Of a DNA stretch of 64,000 bases, positions 36,992 through 45,522 are shown piece by piece; within the stretch, counting starts at the first letter, position 1; every line of letters starts with the position of its first letter. This stretch comes from an uncultured Dehalococcoidia bacterium (GTDB taxonomy: Bacteria > Chloroflexota > Dehalococcoidia > DSTF01 > RBG-16-68-14): contig CAYQLM010000003.1 of the NCBI GenBank assembly GCA_964418365.1, positions 150 to 64,149 of the forward strand. The letters run 5' to 3'. Made by a program: the position numbers and the translations under genes. Under the pieces are notes generated by a model. That model saw only the letters and a list, made by a program, of their open reading frames with translations, was not told where the DNA came from and ran no database searches.

Positions 36992-37456
36992 CTACTTGAC
37001 GGCCACGGACCAGTCGACCCCGGACTCCGCCGGCGTCATGCGCTCTTCATCAGGGTTCTTCTCGTCGTACTTAGACGTGATGTAGTACATCAGCACGGCT
37101 TCCTCGTCACCCAGGACCATGTAGCCGTGCCAGACGCCCGGCGGGATACTGAGCACGCGGCGATCGTTCTCCCCAAGATAGACCCATTTCACCTGCTTGT
37201 GCTCGTCCATCAGGCCCACTTTGAGATAGCCCTTAATCACGAACCAGTGGTCGGTCTGCTTCTGGTGCCGGTGCCACGCGACGACGCGTCCCGGATAGGC
37301 CCAGGTGATGTTGACGTCGCCGCCCATGTCCACGCTACCGTCCCCGGTGAAGCCGAAGACGTCGCAGGCGCGACGGGCGCGGTCATCATCGAAGAGCCGC
37401 GGCACGGAGACGCGGGCGTCAGCGACAGAGTTCCTGGCCTTCGCATCAGTGGTCAT
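36992..37456 (-). CDS. RmlC-like cupin (dTDP-4-dehydrorhamnose 3,5-epimerase-related, short form)
   Basis: 154 aa. WHRHQKQTDHWFVIKGYLKVGLMDEH...LSIPPGVWHGYMVLGDEEAVLMYYITSKYDEKNPDEER parallels the RmlC core (LRGLHyQ..KLVRv.G...DV..D........IP.G.aHGF..L). Confidence 0.6.
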   Translation of the reverse strand: MTTDAKARNSVADARVSVPRLFDDDRARRACDVFGFTGDGSVDMGGDVNITWAYPGRVVAWHRHQKQTDHWFVIKGYLKVGLMDEHKQVKWVYLGENDRRVLSIPPGVWHGYMVLGDEEAVLMYYITSKYDEKNPDEERMTPAESGVDWSVAVK

Positions 37457-37469
37457 GATCTACCTCCCC

Positions 37470-38363
37470 TTACTGTTCGTTCGGTTGCAGCTCGCCCCTT
37501 CTATGCAAGTAATCGGCCAATGCCTCCGGCCAGTCGCGCAGCAGCGGCACGCCGGCTTCCCGCAGCGCCGCGTTCTCAAGCACCGAGTATAGGGGCCTGC
37601 GCGCTTTCGCGCCGAACTCCGCTGTCGTCGTCGGTCTGAGCGAGGCGTTTGTGCCGGTAAGCGAGAAGATCTTGGCGCTGAACTCATACCACGAACAGGA
37701 GCCACCGTTCGTCACGTGGTACGTGCCGTATCGACGCGTGTCCGCGACCGCGAGGAGCTGCTGGGCAAGGTCGTACGTGAACGTCGGCGAGAGCACCTGG
37801 TCGTCCACGACGCGCAGGTCTTTGCCGCTGCGGCCCAGCTCGAGCATGCGCTGGACGAAGTTGCCGCCCTTCCCGCCCGATCCGGCCTCGCCGTATAGGC
37901 CCGACGTGCGCACGATGTAGTGCTTCTCGATTCTGGAGCGCACGAGCTGCTCCCCGGCGACTTTGCTTGCACCGTAGACATTGACGGGTGACGGCGCGTC
38001 CCGCTCGCTGTACGCGCGGCCAAGGTCGCCGGCGAAAACGTAGTCGGTGCTGATGAACATGAGCGCCGCCCCGATCTCGCTGCAGGCATCGGCAAGATTC
38101 ATCGCGCCGACGGCGTTCACCTGGAACGCGCGCTCCGGCTCGCTCTCGCAGAGATCGACATTGTGAAACGCCGCTGTGCTCACGACAAGCTCCGGGCTCT
38201 GGTCGCGAAGCGTGGCCAAGAGGCCATCGCGGTCGGTGATCTCAATCGCGTCGCGCGCGAGTCCGATCGTGTCGCCGTGCGGCCAGCGGCGCATGATGTC
38301 GCTGCCGAGCTGTCCTGCCGCGCCAATCACGACGGTACGCCTGCTCACGATTCGTTCGTCCAA
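37470..38363 (-). CDS. rmlD: dTDP-4-dehydrorhamnose reductase (RmlD-like)
   Basis: 297 aa. VVIGAAGQLGSDI, STDYVFAG, VNVYGASKVAGEQ (YxxxK), HVTNGGSCSWYEF. Typical RmlD length. Confidence 0.8.
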   Translation of the reverse strand: MDERIVSRRTVVIGAAGQLGSDIMRRWPHGDTIGLARDAIEITDRDGLLATLRDQSPELVVSTAAFHNVDLCESEPERAFQVNAVGAMNLADACSEIGAALMFISTDYVFAGDLGRAYSERDAPSPVNVYGASKVAGEQLVRSRIEKHYIVRTSGLYGEAGSGGKGGNFVQRMLELGRSGKDLRVVDDQVLSPTFTYDLAQQLLAVADTRRYGTYHVTNGGSCSWYEFSAKIFSLTGTNASLRPTTTAEFGAKARRPLYSVLENAALREAGVPLLRDWPEALADYLHRRGELQPNEQ

Positions 38364-39028
38364 ACGCGGCGTTCCGGCGCCGGCTCATCCGCCTTCTCGA
38401 TGACGCGCGCCGGCACGCCGACCGCGGTCGTCCATGCCGGAACTTCAGAGAGTACAACAGCGTTCGCGCCGATCTTAGCCCCACAGCCAACGCGTACTGG
38501 ACCGAGGATGCGCGCGCCGGTGCCAACGAACACGCCCTCTTCAAGGTGCGGGCCGATATACTCGCCTTGCACGAGACCAATGGAAATCGACGGGCACAGG
38601 ACACAGCCCTTACTGATGAACGTAATGCCATCGATCACCATCTCGCCGTGCGGAATGTACACGCCTTCCTTGATCACAACAGGGTTCCCGATCCGGATCC
38701 CCCAACCGATGGCGCAAACATAGTTCAGCAGCGACGGGATCACAGGGACGCGCCATGTGCGCAGGAGCACTCGCAGCCGGTATAACGCTAGCGCGAAATA
38801 CTCCGACGCGAAGAGCGGCAACCGCAGCGCGTAGAGCGCACGTCCCAGCTTCGTTCGGCACTTGTCCATCTCGCCGCGATGGTACGCGAACACGATCGCG
38901 TCGCGGGCGAGGGCGTGGAAGAGTGATGGGCGTTGGGACTCCAGGTTCTTCGCAAATTGCCGAAGCTGCTCCTCAGGCCGTGGTCGCGTCCCGCTCCAGA
39001 CTGTCCCGGGTCGCTCGAGGTCCGTCAT
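38345..39028 (-). CDS. Left-handed beta-helix (hexapeptide) acetyltransferase, serine-acetyltransferase-like; probable sugar O/N-acetyltransferase
   Basis: 227 aa. SATase-like N-terminal helices (YALRLPLFASEYFALALYRL), then hexapeptide repeats (IGWGIRIGNPVVIKEG..., IGANAVVLSEVPAWTTAVGVPARVI). Confidence 0.65.
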   Translation of the reverse strand: MTDLERPGTVWSGTRPRPEEQLRQFAKNLESQRPSLFHALARDAIVFAYHRGEMDKCRTKLGRALYALRLPLFASEYFALALYRLRVLLRTWRVPVIPSLLNYVCAIGWGIRIGNPVVIKEGVYIPHGEMVIDGITFISKGCVLCPSISIGLVQGEYIGPHLEEGVFVGTGARILGPVRVGCGAKIGANAVVLSEVPAWTTAVGVPARVIEKADEPAPERRVWTNES

Positions 39029-39036
39029 GCCCCGGG

Positions 39037-40065
39037 CTAGAAGACGCTGGGAAACTTGGCAAGGTAGGGATGGAGCTCATCGAGGAGTGTCATCCACGCG
39101 ATGTTGTAGTAGCGCGGGTGGTTAAAATCGATGCAGCCATTCTTCTCGATGCCGAGCAGCATCTCTTCGACTGACTCCAGAATGGTCACGCCCGGCGTAA
39201 ATCCGATCGCTTGGCGCAGCTTCGAGTTGTCGCACTTATAGTCACGCACGAGCTTCGGCAGCGGTGCGTCCTTCAGCTTCGGACGGTACTTGCGCATCTG
39301 CGCAGAGCCTGCTACCAGCATCGCCAGACCGCGGATCTGGAAGTTGTCGTGCACGACGTTAAAGGTCTGCGCGTGCACCTTCTCGCGCGGCGCCTCCAGC
39401 ACCGCAATGTGCGCGCGGGCGACGTCCTTCACGTCAACGAGCGGACGCCACATCCAGCCGCCGCCGTGGAGCTGCAGCTCGCCGTTTTGCACCGCCGCCC
39501 GGACGAACGTGTTCACGACGAGGTCGAAGCGCATGCGCGGGCTGGCGCCGTACACCGTGCCCTGACGCAGCAGGATCGGGCTGAAGTCGTCACTGGCGTG
39601 CTCCAGCAGCGCGATCTCACCCTCGTACTTCGATGTCGCGTATGCGCCGCGCGGCTGGACGTCGGCGGTCTCGTCGTAGACCGGGCCAGGCGGCAGGCCG
39701 TCGTAAATCGAGCAGCTGGAGCCGTAGGACAATCGCTCAACGCCCACCCGTTTGCAGGCCTCCGCCAGCGCTCGGGTCGCCACGGCGTTCATCTGGTGGT
39801 TCGCTTCCGGGTTCATCTCCGCCGTCGGGTCGTTGGAGAGGCCGGCGAGATGGATCACCGCGTCGGCGCCTTCCAGCACGTCATCGCACAGGCTGCGCAC
39901 GTCCTGCTGGACGAGTTCGATCTGGTCGAGCACAGGCGCGAGCGGTTTCTCGCCCCAGTAGAGCCGGTCGACGACGCGCACGTGCCAGTCCTGGTCGACC
40001 AGCATGCGCACCAGCACGGAGCCGATGTAGCCCGCGCCGCCCGTCACGACGACTGTCCTGCTCAC
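39037..40065 (-). CDS. NAD-dependent sugar-nucleotide epimerase/dehydratase (extended SDR)
   Basis: 343 aa from GTG (complement 40063-40065). VVVTGGAGYIGSVLV, catalytic YATSKYEGE. The ORF-track 5' extension (to 40569) has no protein-like content. First gene of the minus glycan operon. Confidence 0.8.
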   Translation of the reverse strand: MSRTVVVTGGAGYIGSVLVRMLVDQDWHVRVVDRLYWGEKPLAPVLDQIELVQQDVRSLCDDVLEGADAVIHLAGLSNDPTAEMNPEANHQMNAVATRALAEACKRVGVERLSYGSSCSIYDGLPPGPVYDETADVQPRGAYATSKYEGEIALLEHASDDFSPILLRQGTVYGASPRMRFDLVVNTFVRAAVQNGELQLHGGGWMWRPLVDVKDVARAHIAVLEAPREKVHAQTFNVVHDNFQIRGLAMLVAGSAQMRKYRPKLKDAPLPKLVRDYKCDNSKLRQAIGFTPGVTILESVEEMLLGIEKNGCIDFNHPRYYNIAWMTLLDELHPYLAKFPSVF

Positions 40066-40297
40066 AACCTGTCCGTCTCCCTGAGCCTGCAGGGCCCTGA
40101 TACGAAATAAGCCTCTGGCGGCAGCGACCGGCCTGCTCGCTTTACCCAGAGGTGGCGGGGTGGAGCAAGTATAACGTACATACTCTGTCAAGTAAACGCG
40201 CAGCCGATCGCCCCTATTACTGCGCCGCTTTGGCGAACGCCGAACGCCTCGGATAGACTGGAGCACCCCTAAGCGAGCAAAGGTCCGGGAGGCTCCC

Positions 40298-41068
40298 ATG
40301 GCATACGAAACGCTGCTTGTCGAACGCGATGGTGCGGTGATGACCGCGCTGCTCAACCGTCCGGACAAACGCAACGCCATGAACCGACAACTGCACCTCG
40401 ACCTCCAGCAGCTATGCCACGAGCTGTCCACGGACTTCGATACGCGCGTCGTCATCTTTGCCGGCGAAGGGCCCGGCTTCTCCTCCGGCGCCGACACGAG
40501 CGAATGGGGGCAGCCCGGACCCGACAACGAGCTCGAGCTGCGCCACATGTCCGCGATCGGCGGACGCACCTCGGACGCGATCGATGGGCTCGATCAGATC
40601 AGCATCGCCGCGGTGCACGGCTTCGCCGTCGGAGGAGGCGCCGTCATCGCCGCATGTTGCGACTTCCGCGTTGCGGGCGAGAGCGCCTGGTTCTTGATAC
40701 CGGAGGTCGAGCTGGGCATCCCGCTGAGTTGGAACGCGCTGCCCCGTTTGGCGCGTGAGCTCGGCCACGCGAAGGCGCTGGAGTTGACGATCGTTTGCGA
40801 GCGCTTCAGCGCGCAGCAGGCGTTCGATTGGGGTCTCGTCACGCACCTCGTGCCGGACAGCCAGGAGCGAACATTCGCGCACGAGCTCGCCGGCAAGATC
40901 GTCGCGAAGCCGCCGCTGCCCGTCGCGCTGACCAAGGCGTCGATGAAGGCGATCAAGCGCGGCACTGAGTCGGGCAATGTCTCCTATAGCGACGGCGATC
41001 TGCTGCTCTACAGCCGGTTGCTGCAGCAGCGCGCGCGCCGGCGCCTGGCAAGCGAACACCCGGGCTAA
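40298..41068 (+). CDS. Enoyl-CoA hydratase/isomerase (crotonase family)
   Basis: 256 aa. VVIFAGEGPGFSSGAD oxyanion-hole region; AAVHGFAVGGGAVIAACCDFRVAGESAWF. Confidence 0.85.
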   Translation: MAYETLLVERDGAVMTALLNRPDKRNAMNRQLHLDLQQLCHELSTDFDTRVVIFAGEGPGFSSGADTSEWGQPGPDNELELRHMSAIGGRTSDAIDGLDQISIAAVHGFAVGGGAVIAACCDFRVAGESAWFLIPEVELGIPLSWNALPRLARELGHAKALELTIVCERFSAQQAFDWGLVTHLVPDSQERTFAHELAGKIVAKPPLPVALTKASMKAIKRGTESGNVSYSDGDLLLYSRLLQQRARRRLASEHPG

Positions 41069-41153
41069 CGTTGATCTGCTACCATCCCGAGAAATAGCCC
41101 GGCTGCGGCCGCGTTGGTATACTTGAGCACCTTTCGCCCGGGGGAGTGCGCAA

Positions 41154-43604
41154 TTGCAGCGAAGTGACACCGTGAGGGCAACGCCGGCCGTGTATGGCGG
41201 GCTGTTCTTCACGACACTCAGCACGCTGATGTACGAAGTTCTGCTCACGCGGATCTTCAGCGTGACGATGTGGTACCACTTCGCGTTCGTAGCAGTTTCG
41301 GTCGCGTTGTTCGGCATGACCGTCGGCGCGCTGATTATCCACCTCGTGCCGAGTCGTTTCACACAAGACGACACGCGCGACCGCCTCGCTCAAGCATCGT
41401 TGCTGTTCAGCGTCTCGATAGTGCTGAGCTTTCTCACGCAGTTGGTCATCCCGTTCGACGCCCACTGGTCGCTCACGGCGATCTACTCCACGTCGCTCAT
41501 CTACCTGGTCATCTCGGTGCCGTTCATCTTCAGCGGCGTTATCGTCGCACTGACGCTGACTCGTTTTCCAAACCAGGTGAGCCGGCTCTATGCGGCCGAT
41601 CTGATGGGTGCGGGCCTGGGGACGGTGACGCTAGTGTGGCTGATCAACGTCCTCGGCGATGGGCCGTCCACCGTCGTGGTCGTCGCGGCGCTGGCGGGCA
41701 TAGGTGCGTGCCTGTTCGCAACCGCAGCGGGCCGTTCACGCCTGCTCAGGTTCGCGGCCGCCGTCGCTGTACTCTGGGCGATCGGCGGCATCGGGAATGC
41801 CTTCTCCGCCCAGCATTACCATCCGATCCTACGCATTCGCTGGGCGAAGGGCGCGGAAGAAACAACAGCCCGCTACGAGCGGTGGAACGCGTTCTCGCGC
41901 ATTCGAGTAGTAGGCGACCCGAATACGGTCTCGCCACCCTTCGGATGGGGTTTCAGCCCGGCTCTGCCGGCCAACGCCCAGGCGCACCAGATGGGCCTGA
42001 ACATTGACGCAACGGCTGCGACGTTCTTGACTAAGTTCAGTGGCAACACGGCCGACGTCGACTACCTTCGCTATGACGTGGTCAACATTGCTCACTACCT
42101 GCGATCGAATGCGCGCGTGTTCGTGATTGGGGCCGGCGGGGGTCGCGATGTGCTCACTGCCCTCCTCTTTCAGCAGCAGTCGGTCACAGCGGTAGAGATT
42201 AACAACGCGATCTTGAAGGCCGTAAACAACAAGTATGGCGACTTCACCGGTCACCTTGATGAGCTGCCCAACGTCCACTTCGTGAACGACGAGGCGCGCA
42301 GCTATCTGGCCCGCTCCGACGACAAGTATGACATTATTCAGCTCTCGCTCATCGATACCTGGGCAGCGACAGCGGCGGGCGCTTTCTCCCTCTCAGAGAA
42401 CTCGCTCTACACCGTGGAGGCTTGGGACACGTTCCTCAATCGCTTGGCTCCAAACGGTGTGCTAAGCGTGTCGCGCTGGTACCACGTCGACAGGCCGTTG
42501 GAGTCGTACCGGGTCACGGCGCTGGCCGCCGCAGCACTGCGGCGCCGCGGCATCACGAATCCGCGGGACCATATCATCCTGATTCGAAATCCGGCGACGT
42601 CTTACTTGGGGCCGGGCATTGCCGTGAGTACGATCCTGGTGAGCCCGGAGCCATTCTCACAGGCCGACATCGATCGGGTCGAGCAGGTGGCTCAGGACCT
42701 GCGAGACGAGGTGGTCCTTGTACCGGCGCCGGCACCAAGCGATCCGGTGTTTGCTGCGATCGCGGACGCGAAAGACCCGAACTCCGTCCCCCTCGGCATT
42801 CCCGCCAATATCTCGGCGCCCACGGATGACCGGCCGTTCTTCTTCCAGATGATCCGCTTCCAGGACATCTTCAGCCGGTCGCTCTACGGCGTCGGGACCC
42901 AGTATCTGACGCAACCGGTGCTCGTGCTCTTCAGCCTCGCCATCGCCATGCTCGTTCTAACCAGTCTCTGCATTCTGCTGCCACTCGCCATCACGACCAG
43001 CCGGCAGGCATTGCACGGCATGGCGCCGTTCGTGGTCTTTTTCGGCGGGATCGGTCTGGGGTTCTTGCTGTTGGAGATCGCGCAATTGCAGCGGCTCATC
43101 ATCTTTCTCGGCCATCCTACGTATGCCCTCTCGGTCGTGCTGTTCTCGTTGTTGGTTTTCAGCGGTATTGGCAGCTTTGTAACGGAGCAGATCATCAGTC
43201 CGGGCCGACGGGCGTTCCTGTTACTGCCGTTTGTCGCACTCCTCGCGGTGCTGGTAGCGGCCGGGGTTGCGACGCCCCATATCACGCACAGCTTCGACGA
43301 CGCGACCACGCCAGTGCGCATCATTACCGCGGTAGCGCTTCTCGCGCCGATGGGTCTCCTCATGGGCATGCCGTTCCCCATCGGCATGACGCTGGCGTCC
43401 CGGCAGAAGGACGCGCCCACCGCGTTCTTCTGGGGGATCAACGGAGCAACCTCCGTGCTCGCCTCCGTGCTCGGCGTTGCCATCGCGCTGCAATGGGGCA
43501 TCTCGATTGCATTTTGGGTGGGCGTCGGCTGGTATGCCGTCGCAGCGCTAGCCCTGGGAAGCATCGTCAGCAGAGGACGTTCAACGGCGGGTACCTATGT
43601 ATGA
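41154..43604 (+). CDS. Fused polytopic membrane protein with central spermidine-synthase-like (PABS, class I MTase fold) domain
   Basis: 816 aa. N-terminal ~7 TM helices. Central VFVIGAGGGRDVLTALLF...VTAVEINNAILKA...YDIIQLSLIDTW (GxGxG and acidic residues of aminopropyltransferases). C-terminal ~6 TM helices. Confidence 0.6.
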   Translation: MQRSDTVRATPAVYGGLFFTTLSTLMYEVLLTRIFSVTMWYHFAFVAVSVALFGMTVGALIIHLVPSRFTQDDTRDRLAQASLLFSVSIVLSFLTQLVIPFDAHWSLTAIYSTSLIYLVISVPFIFSGVIVALTLTRFPNQVSRLYAADLMGAGLGTVTLVWLINVLGDGPSTVVVVAALAGIGACLFATAAGRSRLLRFAAAVAVLWAIGGIGNAFSAQHYHPILRIRWAKGAEETTARYERWNAFSRIRVVGDPNTVSPPFGWGFSPALPANAQAHQMGLNIDATAATFLTKFSGNTADVDYLRYDVVNIAHYLRSNARVFVIGAGGGRDVLTALLFQQQSVTAVEINNAILKAVNNKYGDFTGHLDELPNVHFVNDEARSYLARSDDKYDIIQLSLIDTWAATAAGAFSLSENSLYTVEAWDTFLNRLAPNGVLSVSRWYHVDRPLESYRVTALAAAALRRRGITNPRDHIILIRNPATSYLGPGIAVSTILVSPEPFSQADIDRVEQVAQDLRDEVVLVPAPAPSDPVFAAIADAKDPNSVPLGIPANISAPTDDRPFFFQMIRFQDIFSRSLYGVGTQYLTQPVLVLFSLAIAMLVLTSLCILLPLAITTSRQALHGMAPFVVFFGGIGLGFLLLEIAQLQRLIIFLGHPTYALSVVLFSLLVFSGIGSFVTEQIISPGRRAFLLLPFVALLAVLVAAGVATPHITHSFDDATTPVRIITAVALLAPMGLLMGMPFPIGMTLASRQKDAPTAFFWGINGATSVLASVLGVAIALQWGISIAFWVGVGWYAVAALALGSIVSRGRSTAGTYV

Positions 43605-43663
43605 TCCATGGACACGACGCGCATCCCGTGCTCATATGTGTCAGCCATCCATTATGATCGGGC

Positions 43664-43830
43664 ATGGCTGTGAAGCCGCCGCTGCCGGTCGCGCTCACCA
43701 AGGCGTCGATGAAGGCGATCAAGCGCGGCGCTGAGTCGGCCAACGTCGCCTACAGTGACGGCGATCTGCTGCTCTACAGCCGCCTGCCGCAGCAATTCGC
43801 GCGCCGGCGCGCGAAACAACGCAACGAATA
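43664..43830 (+). pseudogene. Remnant duplicate of the crotonase 3' end (55-codon in-frame fragment)
   Basis: 43673..43830 aligns base-for-base, in frame and ~88% identical, with 40907..41068. It encodes KPPLPVALTKASMKAIKRGAESANVAYSDGDLLLYSRL... Confidence 0.5.
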
Positions 43831-43914
43831 GCTGCCGAACGACGCGCTCATGGAGGCAAGCGCCCCTGCGCGAAGATGCACAGGGGCGCTCGCTTTGGTT
43901 ACGAATCGTTTGGA

Positions 43915-45093
43915 CTACTGAGTGACCTTCACCGTTCCTCCCATGCCTGGGTGAACGATGCACACATAGTTGTACGTCCCGGCCTTCGTGAACGTCACCT
44001 TGTACTGGTAGATCGGATCTCCGAACGACACGATGACGCCAGAACTCAGGAACCCAGTGCCATCCCAGTTGCCCGCATCGATGAGCGGGGGTGCGCTCGG
44101 ATCGGTCGGCTGGCCCGGGCTCTTGGATGGTGCACCCGCCTTCTCGTTGGCGTGATACGCACCGTCAGCACCCTTCACGAGCAGGCTCTTGGCATCATCC
44201 GGGGCGTTGAAGCTGATCGTGTGCACACCATCGACACTCCACGTCACCGACTCGCCCTCTTTGATGTCGATCTCCTTCGGACCGAACTCGTTCACTCCCG
44301 CTTCCTGCACGTCCGGCGACGAGGCTCCAGCCTGCGCCTTGTCCGCAGTGAGCGAGGTGAGCTGATCGGCCGTCGGCTTGAGCTTCGTCACCATCTGGCT
44401 GAACTCGTCATCGCCCTTTGCCTTCTGCTCGGAAGGCTTCGGCACGCTCGTGCCCTTGGCGACAACGGTGATGGTGCCGCTCATGCCTGGTCGGTGAAGC
44501 AGACAGTAGTAATGGTACGTGCCGGGCTTGATATTCGACGCCAGCTTCACGGAGAAGACGGCAGCTTCGGGCAAGAATCCGCTGTTGTAGTAAGTCTGCG
44601 TGCCGTCGAAGTCCATCTGCGTTTGCTGGGGCTTCGCGCACGCCGATCCGTCACTGGGCGCGTCGCCGCTCGCGAGGTAGCAGGGCTGTCCCGCCGCCTG
44701 GATGACATCGCCAGGGCCTTCTGGGAATAACGACGGCAGCTTTGCGGTCGCCGTGTTGTACTGGTCGGCGTACTGTTCCGGCGGCCCCTGCTGGCAGTCC
44801 GGGTCGGCGAGGCCGCCGTTGGGGCATGCCTGCGAGATGACGTTGAACACGTCATCAACATCCCGGCCCAGCGTGACCGTATGCGGCTCCCCGCTGAAGA
44901 TGCTGGTGAAGTCAACGGTATCCCCTGGATGGACTTGCACGTCGTTTGGGAAATATGCCAAGAACGCGCCGATGAACTCGCCCGATCTGCCGTCGACCTG
45001 AACAGAGAACGTCTTCGCGCCGCCTCCGCTGCTTTTGCAACCGGCGCCCAGTAGCGCCGCTGCGGCTAGCAAAATGAGTACACCCTTCCACAT
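43915..45093 (-). CDS. Lipoprotein with two cupredoxin (plastocyanin/azurin-like) blue-copper domains
   Basis: 392 aa. Signal peptide plus lipobox LLGAGC. Two copies of the type-1 copper motif C-x2-H-x2-M (YHYYCLLHRPGMSGTITV; YNYVCIVHPGMGGTVKV) with upstream His candidates. Confidence 0.7.
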   Translation of the reverse strand: MWKGVLILLAAAALLGAGCKSSGGGAKTFSVQVDGRSGEFIGAFLAYFPNDVQVHPGDTVDFTSIFSGEPHTVTLGRDVDDVFNVISQACPNGGLADPDCQQGPPEQYADQYNTATAKLPSLFPEGPGDVIQAAGQPCYLASGDAPSDGSACAKPQQTQMDFDGTQTYYNSGFLPEAAVFSVKLASNIKPGTYHYYCLLHRPGMSGTITVVAKGTSVPKPSEQKAKGDDEFSQMVTKLKPTADQLTSLTADKAQAGASSPDVQEAGVNEFGPKEIDIKEGESVTWSVDGVHTISFNAPDDAKSLLVKGADGAYHANEKAGAPSKSPGQPTDPSAPPLIDAGNWDGTGFLSSGVIVSFGDPIYQYKVTFTKAGTYNYVCIVHPGMGGTVKVTQ

Positions 45094-45278
45094 AGGTATC
45101 CGGTCCCTCCCTGTGAATCCCCCTGGGTTGCTTGAACGCGACGACTGCCAGCGAGCCCCGGCGGGTCGGCGCTGAGGCTACAATACTTACCTCTTCCCTC
45201 ACGATCAAGCCACCAGGCGGCGGGAAGCCTGATAGAAAAGGACTCGTAGATTCGCTACGATTGCTCTGCGGAAGCCGG

Positions 45279-45356
45279 GCCCCGGTAGCTCAGATTGGAC
45301 AGAGCAACGGTTTCCTAAACCGTGGGTCGCAGGTTCGAATCCTGCCCGGGGTACCA
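45279..45356 (+). tRNA. tRNA-Arg (anticodon CCT)
   Basis: Cloverleaf folded by hand: acceptor gccccgg/ccggggt (G1-U wobble), D-arm gctc-agattggac-agagc, anticodon arm acggt-ttCCTaa-accgt, T-arm gcagg-ttcgaat-cctgc, discriminator A, encoded CCA. Confidence 0.85.
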
Positions 45357-45522
45357 CGTTTCGTATACAGAATCCACCGATGGCCGCGTGACAACGCGCG
45401 CCTTCAGACGAATTGACAGCAACGCGAACGTAGACGCTACCAAGTCGCGGGCTAGTTGTAGATCAGCGGACGACGCGACCGAATGCTGTTGAGCGCTAAC
45501 CGCTGAGCAGCGCGTCTAACGC

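Noticed and set aside
40070-40297. Divergent promoter between the epimerase and crotonase genes, containing TTGACA on the minus strand
   Set aside because: A TTGACA hexamer is present (complement of ~40173-40178), but no convincing -10 at 16-18 bp spacing could be identified. It is left as unassigned intergenic DNA rather than a called promoter.
43652-43963. 103-aa minus-strand ORF across the crotonase remnant
   Set aside because: It is antisense to the in-frame crotonase 3' duplicate and has no motifs; an artefact.
45100-45278. Possible promoter or regulatory RNA upstream of the tRNA
   Set aside because: No recognisable -35/-10 pair at proper spacing and no conserved structure could be argued from the sequence alone.
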